Below, piece after piece: positions 8,865 through 18,862 of a stretch of 64,000 nucleotides of DNA. The position numbers and the translations under genes were made by a program. Source of the DNA: Candidatus Poseidoniaceae archaeon (GTDB taxonomy: Archaea > Thermoplasmatota > Poseidoniia > Poseidoniales > Poseidoniaceae); NCBI GenBank assembly GCA_949373075.1, contig CASIBX010000040.1, positions 6,686-70,685 on the forward strand, in the 5' to 3' direction. The notes beneath the pieces are model-generated. The model ran no database searches. It worked only from the letters and a program-made list of their open reading frames with translations, and was not told the DNA's origin. Numbering within the stretch: position 1 is the stretch's first letter; each line of letters opens with the position of its first letter.

Positions 8865-10388
8865 ATGCATATGGACACGAAGCCAGAGAGGCTCAGTGTC
8901 AAGGGGTCGGAGATAACATTTCGTTCCCTTTCACTGGGAGGAGTTCGTGGTAAGGTCAGGGCGACCTTGAACGAATCACAGGTCTCTTTTGAATCACGTT
9001 CAGGCCATGCCCTAGATATCCGTTTGGATGCAATAAAAAGAGTACATCATCATCATACAACTTTGGTTCCAGGTTGGCTTGGAGTCATTGGTGCAATTAT
9101 GGTTTGGGTGGCTTGGAGGGGGGTTACTGGGCGCTTGCAAGCAGTTCTTGGGGCAGCCGGAATCGTACTTTCAGCAGCTCATTTCATCACAAGAAGACCG
9201 ACGTTGACAATTGATACAAACGCCGATGATTGTCATACCGTATTTGGTTCTGACATTGCGATGTTGCGTCTTTGCTCTCTTATTCAAAAAATAAATAATG
9301 GTATGAGTTTGGAAGATGCGAAAGCAAATGTAGATGCGATGGTTAGTGATTCTGAGTATCCAAGGTCAAGAGAATTTGATTTGGCAGAGTTAATCCCTGA
9401 GCCCGTCGAGTTATTCCCTTCACCTGTTCTCAGTCATTTCCTTGATGCAATGGACCAAACTCCTGGTGAAAGGGATAGTTCAGGTATTGAGGCCGTGAGC
9501 CCAGCGATTGTAATCGAGGACTTAGATTTGCCAATTTGGGATGATGAAGTCGAAGATATCCAACCTGAGGTTTCACCTAGTCTTATCTCGCGAGCCCAAT
9601 CAAACCTATTCACCCAAAGACATAATGTTGCACAAAATGGTTGGCAAGAACCACCTCGCCAACAGCCATATCAGGGCGTACATCGATCTGACGCCAATGC
9701 AGCCCCATCATACGGAATGATACAGCAGCAAAGCACAGCGCCTTATAGCCATCAAACCGTAAATCCACAACCAACTCCAATTCCAACTGAGTTCTTACCT
9801 TCATTTGTAGGAGCCAATGGGGCACACGTCCCTGGCGTAAATCCAGAGATGTTTTCTTCCCCAGATTCTCCTCTGAGTCAACCGCTAGAAGAGATTGAAA
9901 CCACTTCATTAGTAGCATCTGCACGCAGAGAAACTCCGCTAGATGCAACTTTAGTTGGCGATGAAGTTCTAACTCCTAAAGACCGCTATCCAAAGATGAG
10001 TAAGTTGTCTACAAAGCCAGGTCGGCGTAGGATTACCAGTCGGAAAAATAGTGCTGGGAAATTACGAGGTTCTTCAGTGATTGCAGAATTAGTAAAACCC
10101 TCTATTGGTAGGGCTAATCGTATTGCAAAAAGGTTGTTTAGGCGTAAACCTAGGACTGCGGAATCACTAAGGATTCAGGCAGAGCATTCTCGTCAATCAC
10201 AATTAGTCAGTTCAATCCAAGACCTTGCAAAGAGCAATGGTGGTGAAGTAAGTGATGAAGAAGTCCGAGAGATGATGTCTCATATATCGCCTAAACCAAT
10301 AATTCCAGCAAGTTTTGGTGACTTGGTTAGTACTGAAACAAAGAATAAACCAGGCGACATTGCCTCACTACCAAGATTAGATGAATGA
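8865..10388 (+). CDS. hypothetical membrane protein with a long disordered P/Q/S-rich tail
   Basis: 507 aa. The N-terminal beta-rich region is interrupted by an HHHH run and two hydrophobic helices (LVPGWLGVIGAIMVWVAW, AVLGAAGIVLSAAHF). The C-terminal half is low-complexity with a basic patch. I recognised no family. Confidence 0.55.
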   Translation: MHMDTKPERLSVKGSEITFRSLSLGGVRGKVRATLNESQVSFESRSGHALDIRLDAIKRVHHHHTTLVPGWLGVIGAIMVWVAWRGVTGRLQAVLGAAGIVLSAAHFITRRPTLTIDTNADDCHTVFGSDIAMLRLCSLIQKINNGMSLEDAKANVDAMVSDSEYPRSREFDLAELIPEPVELFPSPVLSHFLDAMDQTPGERDSSGIEAVSPAIVIEDLDLPIWDDEVEDIQPEVSPSLISRAQSNLFTQRHNVAQNGWQEPPRQQPYQGVHRSDANAAPSYGMIQQQSTAPYSHQTVNPQPTPIPTEFLPSFVGANGAHVPGVNPEMFSSPDSPLSQPLEEIETTSLVASARRETPLDATLVGDEVLTPKDRYPKMSKLSTKPGRRRITSRKNSAGKLRGSSVIAELVKPSIGRANRIAKRLFRRKPRTAESLRIQAEHSRQSQLVSSIQDLAKSNGGEVSDEEVREMMSHISPKPIIPASFGDLVSTETKNKPGDIASLPRLDE

Positions 10389-10390
10389 AT

Positions 10391-10852
10391 TCATCTGTTT
10401 CTCTGAGAAAGCATATGGGCTCGAATCCCCTTGGCTCTTTCCCATTCAATTTCATCTTCTTCAGTAACCGGTGTAAGTTGAGGTATTGGAATCGGCCTCA
10501 TCATTGAATCGATTGCTACCATGAAGAAATATCCTTCACAGATCTCTGTTTTTGTCCAATCGGCTTTGTTCATAGCCCAAGCAGTTACTTTTGTACAAGC
10601 AGTTCGATTAGAAGTGAAAACAACCTTTGCAGTAACTTCGATTAAGTCTCCCTGGCGAGCAGGAGCTTTGAATTCTAAAGTATCGATTGAAATGGTTACA
10701 AATTCACGATGTGCAAACTTTGCGCATACAATTCCTGCCGCTTTATCCATCAATGATAAAAGGCGTCCACCAAAGAGTGTATTGTATGAATTTGTATCTT
10801 GCGGAAACACTTCTTCGATAAGTGTCACTGGTTCGGTACTAAAGGGTTCCAT
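10391..10852 (-). CDS. acyl-CoA thioesterase, hotdog fold (YciA/BFIT-like)
   Basis: NSYNTLFGGRLLSLMDKAAGIVCAKFAHREFVTISIDTLEFKAPARQGDLIEVTAKV matches the acyl-CoA hydrolase hotdog pattern. Start taken at MEPFSTEP (10852). The 80-codon N-terminal extension of the track ORF overlaps the divergent neighbour. Confidence 0.8.
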   Translation of the reverse strand: MEPFSTEPVTLIEEVFPQDTNSYNTLFGGRLLSLMDKAAGIVCAKFAHREFVTISIDTLEFKAPARQGDLIEVTAKVVFTSNRTACTKVTAWAMNKADWTKTEICEGYFFMVAIDSMMRPIPIPQLTPVTEEDEIEWERAKGIRAHMLSQRNR

Positions 10853-10946
10853 TGTACTGAGGGGGTTGGTATCTCCTCCTTCAATCCATTTACGAATGTC
10901 CCAATCCGTGTGAGATTTGAAGAGGTATAGGTTCTGCCAACTGAGT

Positions 10947-11612
10947 GTGTCCGGAATTTGTGTCGCTTTAGTTAGTGGGGGAATCGATTCTCCAGTTGCT
11001 GTAGCGAGGATGCTAGTAAAGGGTTGGAAAGTGTTTCCTTTACATGCATCCCAAGAGCCGGTGACAGGTCCTGCGGCAGAATTGAAAACCATTGCACTAC
11101 TACGTCATTTACTAGAAGATAAGGGCACAGTAGGTGATGCTGCAAGAGCCAATCTTTCGCGGGAACTTATTGTAGTCCCAGTTGCTGAAAAGTTAGCACT
11201 TTTCACTAAGAAATGGAATCATTCAGAATATTTCATTCACATGAAAAGACTATTCAATTCAATCGCAACGATAAGGGGAAATGAAGTTGAAGCAACCCAT
11301 GTCCTGACAGGTGAAAACTTAGGCCAAGTTTCCAGTCAAACTTTAGGGAATCTAGGCGGAATCGAGATCGCCACTCCATTACTTCCTTTGCGTCCATTAT
11401 TAGCATTCGATAAAGTTACGATTATGACTATGGCAAGGCGACTTGGGACACTTGAAATCAGTGAAGGTCCAGAAGTCTGCGATGCGTTGGGTCCAAGTAA
11501 ACCTACAACTGTAGCAAATAAGGAATGGTTGGAAAGTTCGGAAGATAGAGCTGGTGGCTTGCAGTCACTCGCCGAGAATTGTTTTTCCAAACTGAAAGTC
11601 GTGCAATTATGA
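10947..11612 (+). CDS. ThiI-like PP-loop ATPase (sulfurtransferase core) without THUMP/NFLD domains
   Basis: PP-loop VALVSGGIDSPVA, then LTGENLGQVSSQTLGNL and PLRPLLAFDKVTIMTMARRLGT as in the ThiI adenylation domain. Start uncertain: GTG at 10947 or TTG at 10917. Confidence 0.65.
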   Translation: MSGICVALVSGGIDSPVAVARMLVKGWKVFPLHASQEPVTGPAAELKTIALLRHLLEDKGTVGDAARANLSRELIVVPVAEKLALFTKKWNHSEYFIHMKRLFNSIATIRGNEVEATHVLTGENLGQVSSQTLGNLGGIEIATPLLPLRPLLAFDKVTIMTMARRLGTLEISEGPEVCDALGPSKPTTVANKEWLESSEDRAGGLQSLAENCFSKLKVVQL

Positions 11613-11619
11613 CCTTCAT

Positions 11620-11646
11620 CGGGTCCCCCCCTACGGGGGGAACCCG
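11620..11646 (+). terminator. GC-rich hairpin 8 nt after the stop codon (same core as 8801..8820)
   Basis: CGGGTCCCCCC-CTAC-GGGGGGAACCCG: 11 bp with one bulged A. An ATATTTTA stretch lies downstream. Confidence 0.35.
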
Positions 11647-11712
11647 TAACTGACAAGTTCCCGTCGATATTTTATGCCTGACTTGTGTGGAGGGAGAGAG
11701 AGGGTGCCACCT

Positions 11713-14700
11713 ATGAATGATAATAAGAATGCAATTACCGCTTTGGTATTCACATGCTTGATGCTAGTTTCTCCTTTAGCAGCAGCAGCATCAGTGACTA
11801 CTTTCAGTGATGGCGGAGCCGAAATCGAAGTTGAAGTTAGAGACGGACCAGATTATACAAATTTTGATGATGGGACGGTCACACTACCTTCGGGTGACAC
11901 GGTTACTAGCGCTTCAGTAAAGGTTTCAACAAGTATGGCAACCCATGAAACATTTGCAACAATCAATTCTGAAACCGCTCAATACGTATGGGACCCTGTC
12001 TACAATAATCAGCAAACAGAATACTCAACATTAGCAGATTTCACATACCACGAAGAGACTGTAAGTTTGGTAAGCGGTGGCTACTCAACCGACTTCGAAA
12101 TGACTTCTTCAGATTTTTATGATGAAAGTGCACCAGTTCATGAGCAATCTGGCTGGCAGCATGGCACTTTAGCTGAGTCTTTTACACTAAATGACAATTG
12201 TAACACTGGTAATGAATGCTGGGGTACAAACATGTTTGATAGTGACAATGATTACACCAATGACGACTTGGGGTCAGGTTTTTCTTACAATTTGATTTCT
12301 CCTCCAGTTGAAGTAAATCCTCTTTCCCCGATTGCACGTTTCTCTAGTTGGCACGGTTTACACTGGTCGCAGACCAATCCGGGGGCTACTCCAACGAACA
12401 CATACTACGATTGCGGATACGTTATGGTTAGAGAGTATTACAATCCTGGCAGCTTTGGTTCTTGGTCGCACATACCATTCGATTTAGCAAATTCTTCCGG
12501 TGTAGGTTACTCTAACGGTTTGTATCAAGTTGGGGCAGGGAATGGTAAAATTCAGAATTGTGATGGATTGACCGCTACAGACTATGCTCTTGGAGGGGAA
12601 TCTACTAATCCAACTTTGAACCCTAATGGTTGGTCAACATTGGCACTCAACCTCGATGACTACAAAACCAAGGATATCCAATTGAAATTCGTAATGAGTC
12701 ACAATTCAGGTGCAGGAGCTCCTTACAATGCTACAATGCCTGGCTGGTTTATTGACGATTTTAGAATAGGGGACCCATTGCCTCAATCTGGATATATGAC
12801 TGTCAAAGGTTTCACTCCAATTCAGGCACCAAATCCTGGCTTCCCAGATGGATACGGAGTTTTGACTCTGGAACAGGAAACAACTCCTACCAACTCACTC
12901 ACAGTTAGCGTTTTGCGCGGTGGAACTAGTGAGATAGCGCTAGACAGGGACGGCAATCAATTGACTAACTTAGAAGGTCCAATCGTGGAACTTTGGGATG
13001 TTGATGCAAGTGAATATCCGGTAATAGATATCAGGTTTGATTTTGATACTGGTCTATACCGACTCTCTACAGCGGTCCTACATGGTATGAATATTGGTAC
13101 TAGAGTCGGATCTGGATTGAATGACTCAAATGTCGTCTACGACCCTATGATTATGGACGGCGTCTGGATGTCACCTGGTGGAGAAATACCACTAATCTAT
13201 TCTCCAGAAGTAATCGACAATTCATTCACTCCACCTCTGGCTAGGAGTAAATTCTCACAACCAATTCTCGGTATCACTCCACAGGTTTTAGACGATTGTT
13301 CTGAGTCTCCTTTGGTACAAATTAATCCAAGAGATAATTCTCTTGTCAATTTGACAGTAGGCCAAAAATGGGTTCCTAGTGAACCGATATTTGGATTCAC
13401 AGCTTTAGTTTCGTATGCCAACCCTTGTGGAATGTCGGAAATATGGTTCGACTTAGAATTTGGTCATAGTGCAACAGGAGTGTCATTAGATATAGCCCAT
13501 GATGGTGATATTGAATGGGCTATGAATGAGCCTGCATTTGGCTCCTTTGGACGTCAAACCTCGTTCTGGGCTGGCTCAACAAATGGGATAAATTATGCAA
13601 TGGACCAATCAACTTTGACTCTGAATACTAATGGTGAAGCAACAGGCGGTACTTTCATGCTACCTGTTGACGCAGATGTTAGTATTGCTGAAGTCGCATT
13701 CTCAGACAATACTGCTGCTGATTTCACACTCTCGTTAACGGCTAGTGGCCAAGAGGTTTCTATGGGTGTAATGCCAAATCAATCTATATTGGCGTTTGAA
13801 ACTCTAGAATCTATGTTTGATTTTGAGGGTGCAATTACATCGCTTCTCACCAATCCCCTTTTACAGGTTTCATATGTCGATGAGTATGGTAACGATTGGG
13901 CAACATTCCAATTCAAGATAGTAAACTCTAATGCTGCAAGTGGCTCTCAAGTCGTTGTACGAGACTTGGATATAGTCTATGATTGGAGCACAACATTGGG
14001 CGCAGCGAACAATTTCGATAGGGAATTGAACCAAGGTATCGCTTTGGGTACGGGTGCTGATGTAGACGTTCCATTGACTCTATCTGCTGAAAGCGGAGGG
14101 GCGATTAAACTCTCAGACTTGTCTATCACAACATCTACTGGATACGACTCATCTCTGTCTCTAACAGGAAACCCAGAGGGGTTGTATCCTAACGGAGATA
14201 TCATTGAGGCTGTTTCAGTTCACAGTGTTGCTCAATCAACCGGTACTTCATTTGCAGAATCACGGCTTCGAATGGAATCGAGTAGCGGAGTTGTTGAATT
14301 AGCATTCTCCGAACTCACGCTCTTTACAGAATCTTATGACCCAGACAATCTAATCTCTCTAGAGTCATCCTCCTACACTGAAGTTGGAGATGAAATGCAA
14401 ATTACTTGGCGATTTAGAATTAATACTGCTTGGGAGGATACTGCAGAATTACGTTTGTATGCAAGTCTGATTGCAGGTAATGGCGTAAACGGTTTGCCGG
14501 GAGCAGTTGTCCTCGCTCCAGTCAATGGCAATGCGATCGAAAATGATGCCTTAATTTCTTCTTTCGAATTAAGAAATAATGCTGGTGTCACTCAAAACCT
14601 TGAATCTGCAAGTTCCAATCAAATCATCAACCTAATCGGTAGTATTCGATTAGAAGGATTAGATGTTGCTCCAGATCCAACCTCATACAATCTAACATTA

Positions 14701-17511
14701 CAGCGATGGGATGTTGAAACTATCAACGGTTCAGTAATGTCTGAATGGGTAGAGGTTTCTAATTCAACAGGAATTATCGGTGGCGATTTTGACTGGTCGG
14801 TAAATCTTGGATTGACAGCTGCAGGCCAAGCAACATATCGTTTCATGATTGATGGATATGAAGGCGGCGACACACTTTGCCCTCCATCTCCAATCATTTC
14901 AGATGTAGATTGTGCGATTCCTTTCAATCTGTCAATCGATACCTATTCCCCTACATTGGTGAATATCTCTGTACTCAAAGCCTCCAACTATGACCCGACC
15001 ATTTGGTCAAATTGGAGAGGTTTGGTAGATGATACATGGGTACTGCCTAATGCTCAACAGAAAGTTCGCGTTCTCGCTCAGGATATTCCTGCACCACCGA
15101 GTACTCTTGAGATGTACTACTGGGTAGAATACGACCACGATTCAGATTTCGATGGTATAGCGGACCCTGATGAATATGTTTCAATTACATTGGTTAGCGA
15201 TGGCGAAGCGCCTACTGCCAACTACAGTGGTACTTTCAGTGATAATGCTAACAAGGGCCAAGACCCACCAGGTAAGGTCAGTGTTTACATTACTGGAGCA
15301 GATTTAGGTGGTAACCAAATAGATGGTGGAGCACACGGATTTGAAGATGATTTGGTTACATATGTTTCAATGGATGCAAAGACTCCAAACATCAGGAATT
15401 TCTTTATCGAGAATTCTGATGGAGAGCGCTTGCACAATCCGAATGAAGGTCAACCATTCTACCAAGGGCCATGGAACATGTCGATGTATGCTGGTAACGA
15501 ATACCATTTGATTGTTGAAGCGACCGATGAGAACGGTTGGAGAGACATCAACTATTTCGAAATCGACTTAGGTCCTGAGAATATGGTGGTTTACTATTCC
15601 CCACGCAATGAAACAGCATGGGCTGACTCAACCGATATAGAAATCGTTGAAGCAGGTGATGATAGCGATGGTCCTCAAGTCCTAAGAATGGATGGCGGCC
15701 GTCTTATCGATCCGTTTGAAGATGAGTTTTATCTTGATTTGCCGATTAGAATGAATTGGGATATTATTGGAATTGAATCGACAACCTATGTCCCGCAGTT
15801 GCGAATTAAGGATATGGACAGAGACCCTTCATTGATGAGTGAGTCCGGTGGACGACACAAGCAGCGCTGGGTCTACAGTGATGGGATACAATTGGATTAC
15901 AGAAATGGAATCAGTCCTACCTTCACAGACCTTTCCGAGCCGTATTCTCAAGATATCGAGTTAGCATTCGTATTCCCTGGTGATACGATTTCAATGGAAG
16001 GGCAGTATGCTTACCTTGATGGAATAAACAATGGGGTTTACGTTTTGCCTGAAGGTGAGTTTACCATAGAAGTGACACGTCTAGAAGCGTCTATGGATGG
16101 CCAGAATGGATACCTAGCTTATCCAGCAGGCGGTGCAGATGGTTCAAGAACCGACGGTCCTACACTGCATTTAATCGATGGTGGAGAGTTCAACATCAAC
16201 ATTACAGCACCTCCTCTCTCAAATGAATACACCTACACATTCCGTCTGGTTAACTTGCCAGATGGTGCTACTGATTCTACGGCTTCAATTTGTGATGGTA
16301 ACAGTGCATTTGGCTGTGCTTCATTCAAGGTGAAGGTCGATGGTCAGAAGCCAGAAGTCGAGAAAGATTCCTGGAGTGCAAGTTCTGGAATCAATGGTGA
16401 TGTTCTTGAAAACACATTACCATCTTCTACAATGCATTGTGTAAATGTACAGGCTATCGTTGAGGAAAATGCAGCACTATTGGCTGGAGAAGTCAATCTA
16501 ATGTGGTCTTTCTATGCAGATGGTGGAGATTCTAACTTCACTTGGCCAGTTTATGGTCAGAAATTCGGAGGAGATGCACAGTCTCATCCTTTGGATTTGA
16601 AGATTCAAGGTGGAGATTACCTTGTCGAAGCCGAATGTGTAGATCTATGGCCTGACCCACAAGACCCTACACAGACTCAGATTACAACAATCGACGTCAT
16701 AATGTGGATTGAAGGAAGAGATTCTGCAGGTTGGAGTATTGACGGAGGAGGGCCAAATACTGCTGGCGGAGTAAGTTCAATCTATTCCTCAAACCCAGTT
16801 CACAACTCTCAATACCGGTTAGTTCACGAGCAAGCAAAATTCACAGTAATAGATGTGAGAATGAATCCGAAGAGTCCAGAAGTTGGAGATACGGCTGAAT
16901 TAGAAATATCTATCCAAAATATTGGAACCAAAGATGGAAACATCACTTTGGAAGTACAATCTGTGACAGATGGCGGATTCCCTACTACTGAAATGACTTT
17001 GACAACTGATGAAATCACTCAGGGAGCATTGGAGAATATATTTACAGAACTCGAAGTGTTTGCCAACCCTACTAGTGGAATGTATTTCCTCATTGTAGAT
17101 TCAAACTCTAATGAAGTATTGTGGAACGGTTCTGAGAACTCGAAATCTTTCAACGTTGCAGAAGCAAGTGGCGATGAAGGATTCTTATCAGGTTCGGGTA
17201 TGTTGATTGTAATTGGATTGGGTACATTGATTCTGATATTGTTAGTCGTGGTAGTAGTACTTGCTAAGCGCGATTCAGGCGATGGAACGTTTGAATACGA
17301 ATATGATTATGAAGAGGAAGAGAAATCTTACGCTGATTTACCTGTTGCTGCTAAAACAGGACCTCCTGCTGCTTCCCCTGTTGCCGATGTTGACCCCTTA
17401 ATGGCGACAGCAATGGCCGAATTCCCGCAATGGGACCAAGCAACAATTCAGGGATATTTCGACCAAGGTTGGGACATAAACACTCTCCGAGATTGGGTAA
17501 ACAACCAGTGA
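11713..17511 (+). CDS. giant secreted surface protein, C-terminally membrane anchored (adhesin / cell-envelope protein)
   Basis: About 1932 aa from ATG at 11713. Signal peptide NAITALVFTCLMLVSPLAAAAS. An N-terminal beta-sandwich ends in GWFIDDFRIGDP. A CARDB-like module (VIDVRMNPKSPEVGDTAELEISIQNIGTKDGNITLEV) lies near the C-terminus. One TM (LIVIGLGTLILILLVVVVVLA) is followed by an acidic/aromatic tail. Confidence 0.75.
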   Translation: MNDNKNAITALVFTCLMLVSPLAAAASVTTFSDGGAEIEVEVRDGPDYTNFDDGTVTLPSGDTVTSASVKVSTSMATHETFATINSETAQYVWDPVYNNQQTEYSTLADFTYHEETVSLVSGGYSTDFEMTSSDFYDESAPVHEQSGWQHGTLAESFTLNDNCNTGNECWGTNMFDSDNDYTNDDLGSGFSYNLISPPVEVNPLSPIARFSSWHGLHWSQTNPGATPTNTYYDCGYVMVREYYNPGSFGSWSHIPFDLANSSGVGYSNGLYQVGAGNGKIQNCDGLTATDYALGGESTNPTLNPNGWSTLALNLDDYKTKDIQLKFVMSHNSGAGAPYNATMPGWFIDDFRIGDPLPQSGYMTVKGFTPIQAPNPGFPDGYGVLTLEQETTPTNSLTVSVLRGGTSEIALDRDGNQLTNLEGPIVELWDVDASEYPVIDIRFDFDTGLYRLSTAVLHGMNIGTRVGSGLNDSNVVYDPMIMDGVWMSPGGEIPLIYSPEVIDNSFTPPLARSKFSQPILGITPQVLDDCSESPLVQINPRDNSLVNLTVGQKWVPSEPIFGFTALVSYANPCGMSEIWFDLEFGHSATGVSLDIAHDGDIEWAMNEPAFGSFGRQTSFWAGSTNGINYAMDQSTLTLNTNGEATGGTFMLPVDADVSIAEVAFSDNTAADFTLSLTASGQEVSMGVMPNQSILAFETLESMFDFEGAITSLLTNPLLQVSYVDEYGNDWATFQFKIVNSNAASGSQVVVRDLDIVYDWSTTLGAANNFDRELNQGIALGTGADVDVPLTLSAESGGAIKLSDLSITTSTGYDSSLSLTGNPEGLYPNGDIIEAVSVHSVAQSTGTSFAESRLRMESSSGVVELAFSELTLFTESYDPDNLISLESSSYTEVGDEMQITWRFRINTAWEDTAELRLYASLIAGNGVNGLPGAVVLAPVNGNAIENDALISSFELRNNAGVTQNLESASSNQIINLIGSIRLEGLDVAPDPTSYNLTLQRWDVETINGSVMSEWVEVSNSTGIIGGDFDWSVNLGLTAAGQATYRFMIDGYEGGDTLCPPSPIISDVDCAIPFNLSIDTYSPTLVNISVLKASNYDPTIWSNWRGLVDDTWVLPNAQQKVRVLAQDIPAPPSTLEMYYWVEYDHDSDFDGIADPDEYVSITLVSDGEAPTANYSGTFSDNANKGQDPPGKVSVYITGADLGGNQIDGGAHGFEDDLVTYVSMDAKTPNIRNFFIENSDGERLHNPNEGQPFYQGPWNMSMYAGNEYHLIVEATDENGWRDINYFEIDLGPENMVVYYSPRNETAWADSTDIEIVEAGDDSDGPQVLRMDGGRLIDPFEDEFYLDLPIRMNWDIIGIESTTYVPQLRIKDMDRDPSLMSESGGRHKQRWVYSDGIQLDYRNGISPTFTDLSEPYSQDIELAFVFPGDTISMEGQYAYLDGINNGVYVLPEGEFTIEVTRLEASMDGQNGYLAYPAGGADGSRTDGPTLHLIDGGEFNINITAPPLSNEYTYTFRLVNLPDGATDSTASICDGNSAFGCASFKVKVDGQKPEVEKDSWSASSGINGDVLENTLPSSTMHCVNVQAIVEENAALLAGEVNLMWSFYADGGDSNFTWPVYGQKFGGDAQSHPLDLKIQGGDYLVEAECVDLWPDPQDPTQTQITTIDVIMWIEGRDSAGWSIDGGGPNTAGGVSSIYSSNPVHNSQYRLVHEQAKFTVIDVRMNPKSPEVGDTAELEISIQNIGTKDGNITLEVQSVTDGGFPTTEMTLTTDEITQGALENIFTELEVFANPTSGMYFLIVDSNSNEVLWNGSENSKSFNVAEASGDEGFLSGSGMLIVIGLGTLILILLVVVVVLAKRDSGDGTFEYEYDYEEEEKSYADLPVAAKTGPPAASPVADVDPLMATAMAEFPQWDQATIQGYFDQGWDINTLRDWVNNQ

Positions 17512-17517
17512 TTAATC

Positions 17518-18315
17518 ATGAATCTAGATTGGGAAGACATCCATTGGAAAGATCCCGATGGTGGCACTATTGTGCTGCATGGGATACTACCTACAGTTGT
17601 ATTGCCCAATGTGATGCGCCCACGTTTGACGTGGCACGGCTTAGGTATCATGGGTTCAACCGAAGAAGTTGAAGTTTGGCTTGAAGAAGAGAAGGCAGAA
17701 TTAGAAGATTCAGGAATCAACCTTGACAGTGCGATTCTGAATGGTGGATTGGATGGATTATATCTTGAGATGTTAACTTGGGTCGATGGAATCCAAGTTG
17801 GTAAATTCCCCGACCCTGAACCTCGCAGATTGCACAAAGCTGCACAAAAGCATGGTAGGCCCGTATTTTTTGTTGAACCCGATATGGATGATGAAAGATG
17901 GGAGGAAATACTCATCAAAGAAGCGAAAGCAATGACGAGGCCATTCAAGTTGTTGAGGATAGTTTTCACCTCTCGACGGTGGAGGAAAAGTATCAAGAAA
18001 ATGAGGCTACATGTAGTGGAGCAGCCTCCACGGGAGCCCGATGGCTTGCAAGCAGCAAGCGCACTCGCTGCAACTTGGTGGAAACTAAACCGAGACAATT
18101 CAGATGAAGTTCTAAATGATGAGAAGGACGAGAGATTCGCTGCAAGACTTAGAGGCGGTCTTGCAATGCTCAGAGAAGAGCACGGCGATAAAGCCGTCTT
18201 GCTCGTTCCAATACAACAGGCATGGAGAGATTCTATGCTAAGAGCATTGAATACTATGCCTGATGCAGAGGAGAGTTCATCACTCTTGGGCACTTCGGAT
18301 GAAGAGGAGGAGTGA
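17518..18315 (+). CDS. hypothetical acidic cytoplasmic protein
   Basis: 265 aa, starting 6 nt after the giant gene. Its stop overlaps the next gene. No confident family; the C-terminal half is only faintly TraB/GumN-like. The 281-aa antisense ORF is Ser/Leu-rich shadow. Confidence 0.55.
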   Translation: MNLDWEDIHWKDPDGGTIVLHGILPTVVLPNVMRPRLTWHGLGIMGSTEEVEVWLEEEKAELEDSGINLDSAILNGGLDGLYLEMLTWVDGIQVGKFPDPEPRRLHKAAQKHGRPVFFVEPDMDDERWEEILIKEAKAMTRPFKLLRIVFTSRRWRKSIKKMRLHVVEQPPREPDGLQAASALAATWWKLNRDNSDEVLNDEKDERFAARLRGGLAMLREEHGDKAVLLVPIQQAWRDSMLRALNTMPDAEESSSLLGTSDEEEE

Positions 18316-18317
18316 CC

Positions 18318-18857
18318 ATGAGCGGAGTCGGTAAGTTCGATGTTAGAGTAGACAATCTACTAGTTCGCTTTACTCCATCTCCTCCGGTTGATCTCGAAGA
18401 GGCAGTTGAAAGATTGGGCGGAATCAGGAACGGAGACGTCATTATCAAGGCATTAGATGCTCCACGAGCGACTCTCATAATCGATTCAGGAGGCCGAATC
18501 ATAGTCCATGGTACTCATCGAATCGAAGCAGCAAGAGCGGCTGCAAAAGAAATGCTCCTGAGAATGGGTCGTGATGACTCAGGCATGGTGGCGGAACTTG
18601 GACCAATTGTGGCATCATTCGATTTCGGAGAAGAGGTTCCTATCAACAATTTACGTACTAATCTTGGAAGTGGAACTACGTCAATCGATGAGCGATTAGG
18701 CTGCTTAAGGTTGAATGATACTAGACATGATTTGGAATTACTGATTTGGGCTAACGGCCGTTGTGTTGCTTTGAATGCCCGCCATCAGAACATGGTGGCT
18801 ATGGCTGCAGTACATTGGAAGTCTAAATTCAGTGATAAGAAATCACTGAAGGCGTGA
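18318..18857 (+). CDS. divergent TBP-fold (TATA-binding-protein-like) protein
   Basis: Two internal repeats align by eye with the archaeal TBP repeats. PRATLIIDSGGRIIVHGTHRIEAARAAAKEMLLRMG matches [20 protein letters not shown]... The second repeat is HDLELLIWANGRCVALNARHQNMVAMAAVHW. GAGGAGG lies 8 nt upstream of ATG at 18318. Confidence 0.5.
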   Translation: MSGVGKFDVRVDNLLVRFTPSPPVDLEEAVERLGGIRNGDVIIKALDAPRATLIIDSGGRIIVHGTHRIEAARAAAKEMLLRMGRDDSGMVAELGPIVASFDFGEEVPINNLRTNLGSGTTSIDERLGCLRLNDTRHDLELLIWANGRCVALNARHQNMVAMAAVHWKSKFSDKKSLKA

Positions 18858-18862
18858 GACAT

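Noticed and set aside
10853-11092. 80-codon N-terminal extension of the thioesterase ORF, overlapping the divergent ThiI-like gene
   Set aside because: The hotdog domain starts after Met81 (MEPFSTEP), which gives a typical 154-aa thioesterase. The extension would overlap the neighbour by about 150-175 nt.
17448-18293. 281-aa minus-strand ORF, longer than the plus-strand gene it overlaps
   Set aside because: It is Ser/Leu/Cys-rich low-complexity sequence, typical of the antisense frame of an acidic Glu/Asp-rich gene. The plus-strand ORF fits the operon spacing (6 nt after the upstream stop, stop/start overlap with the next gene).
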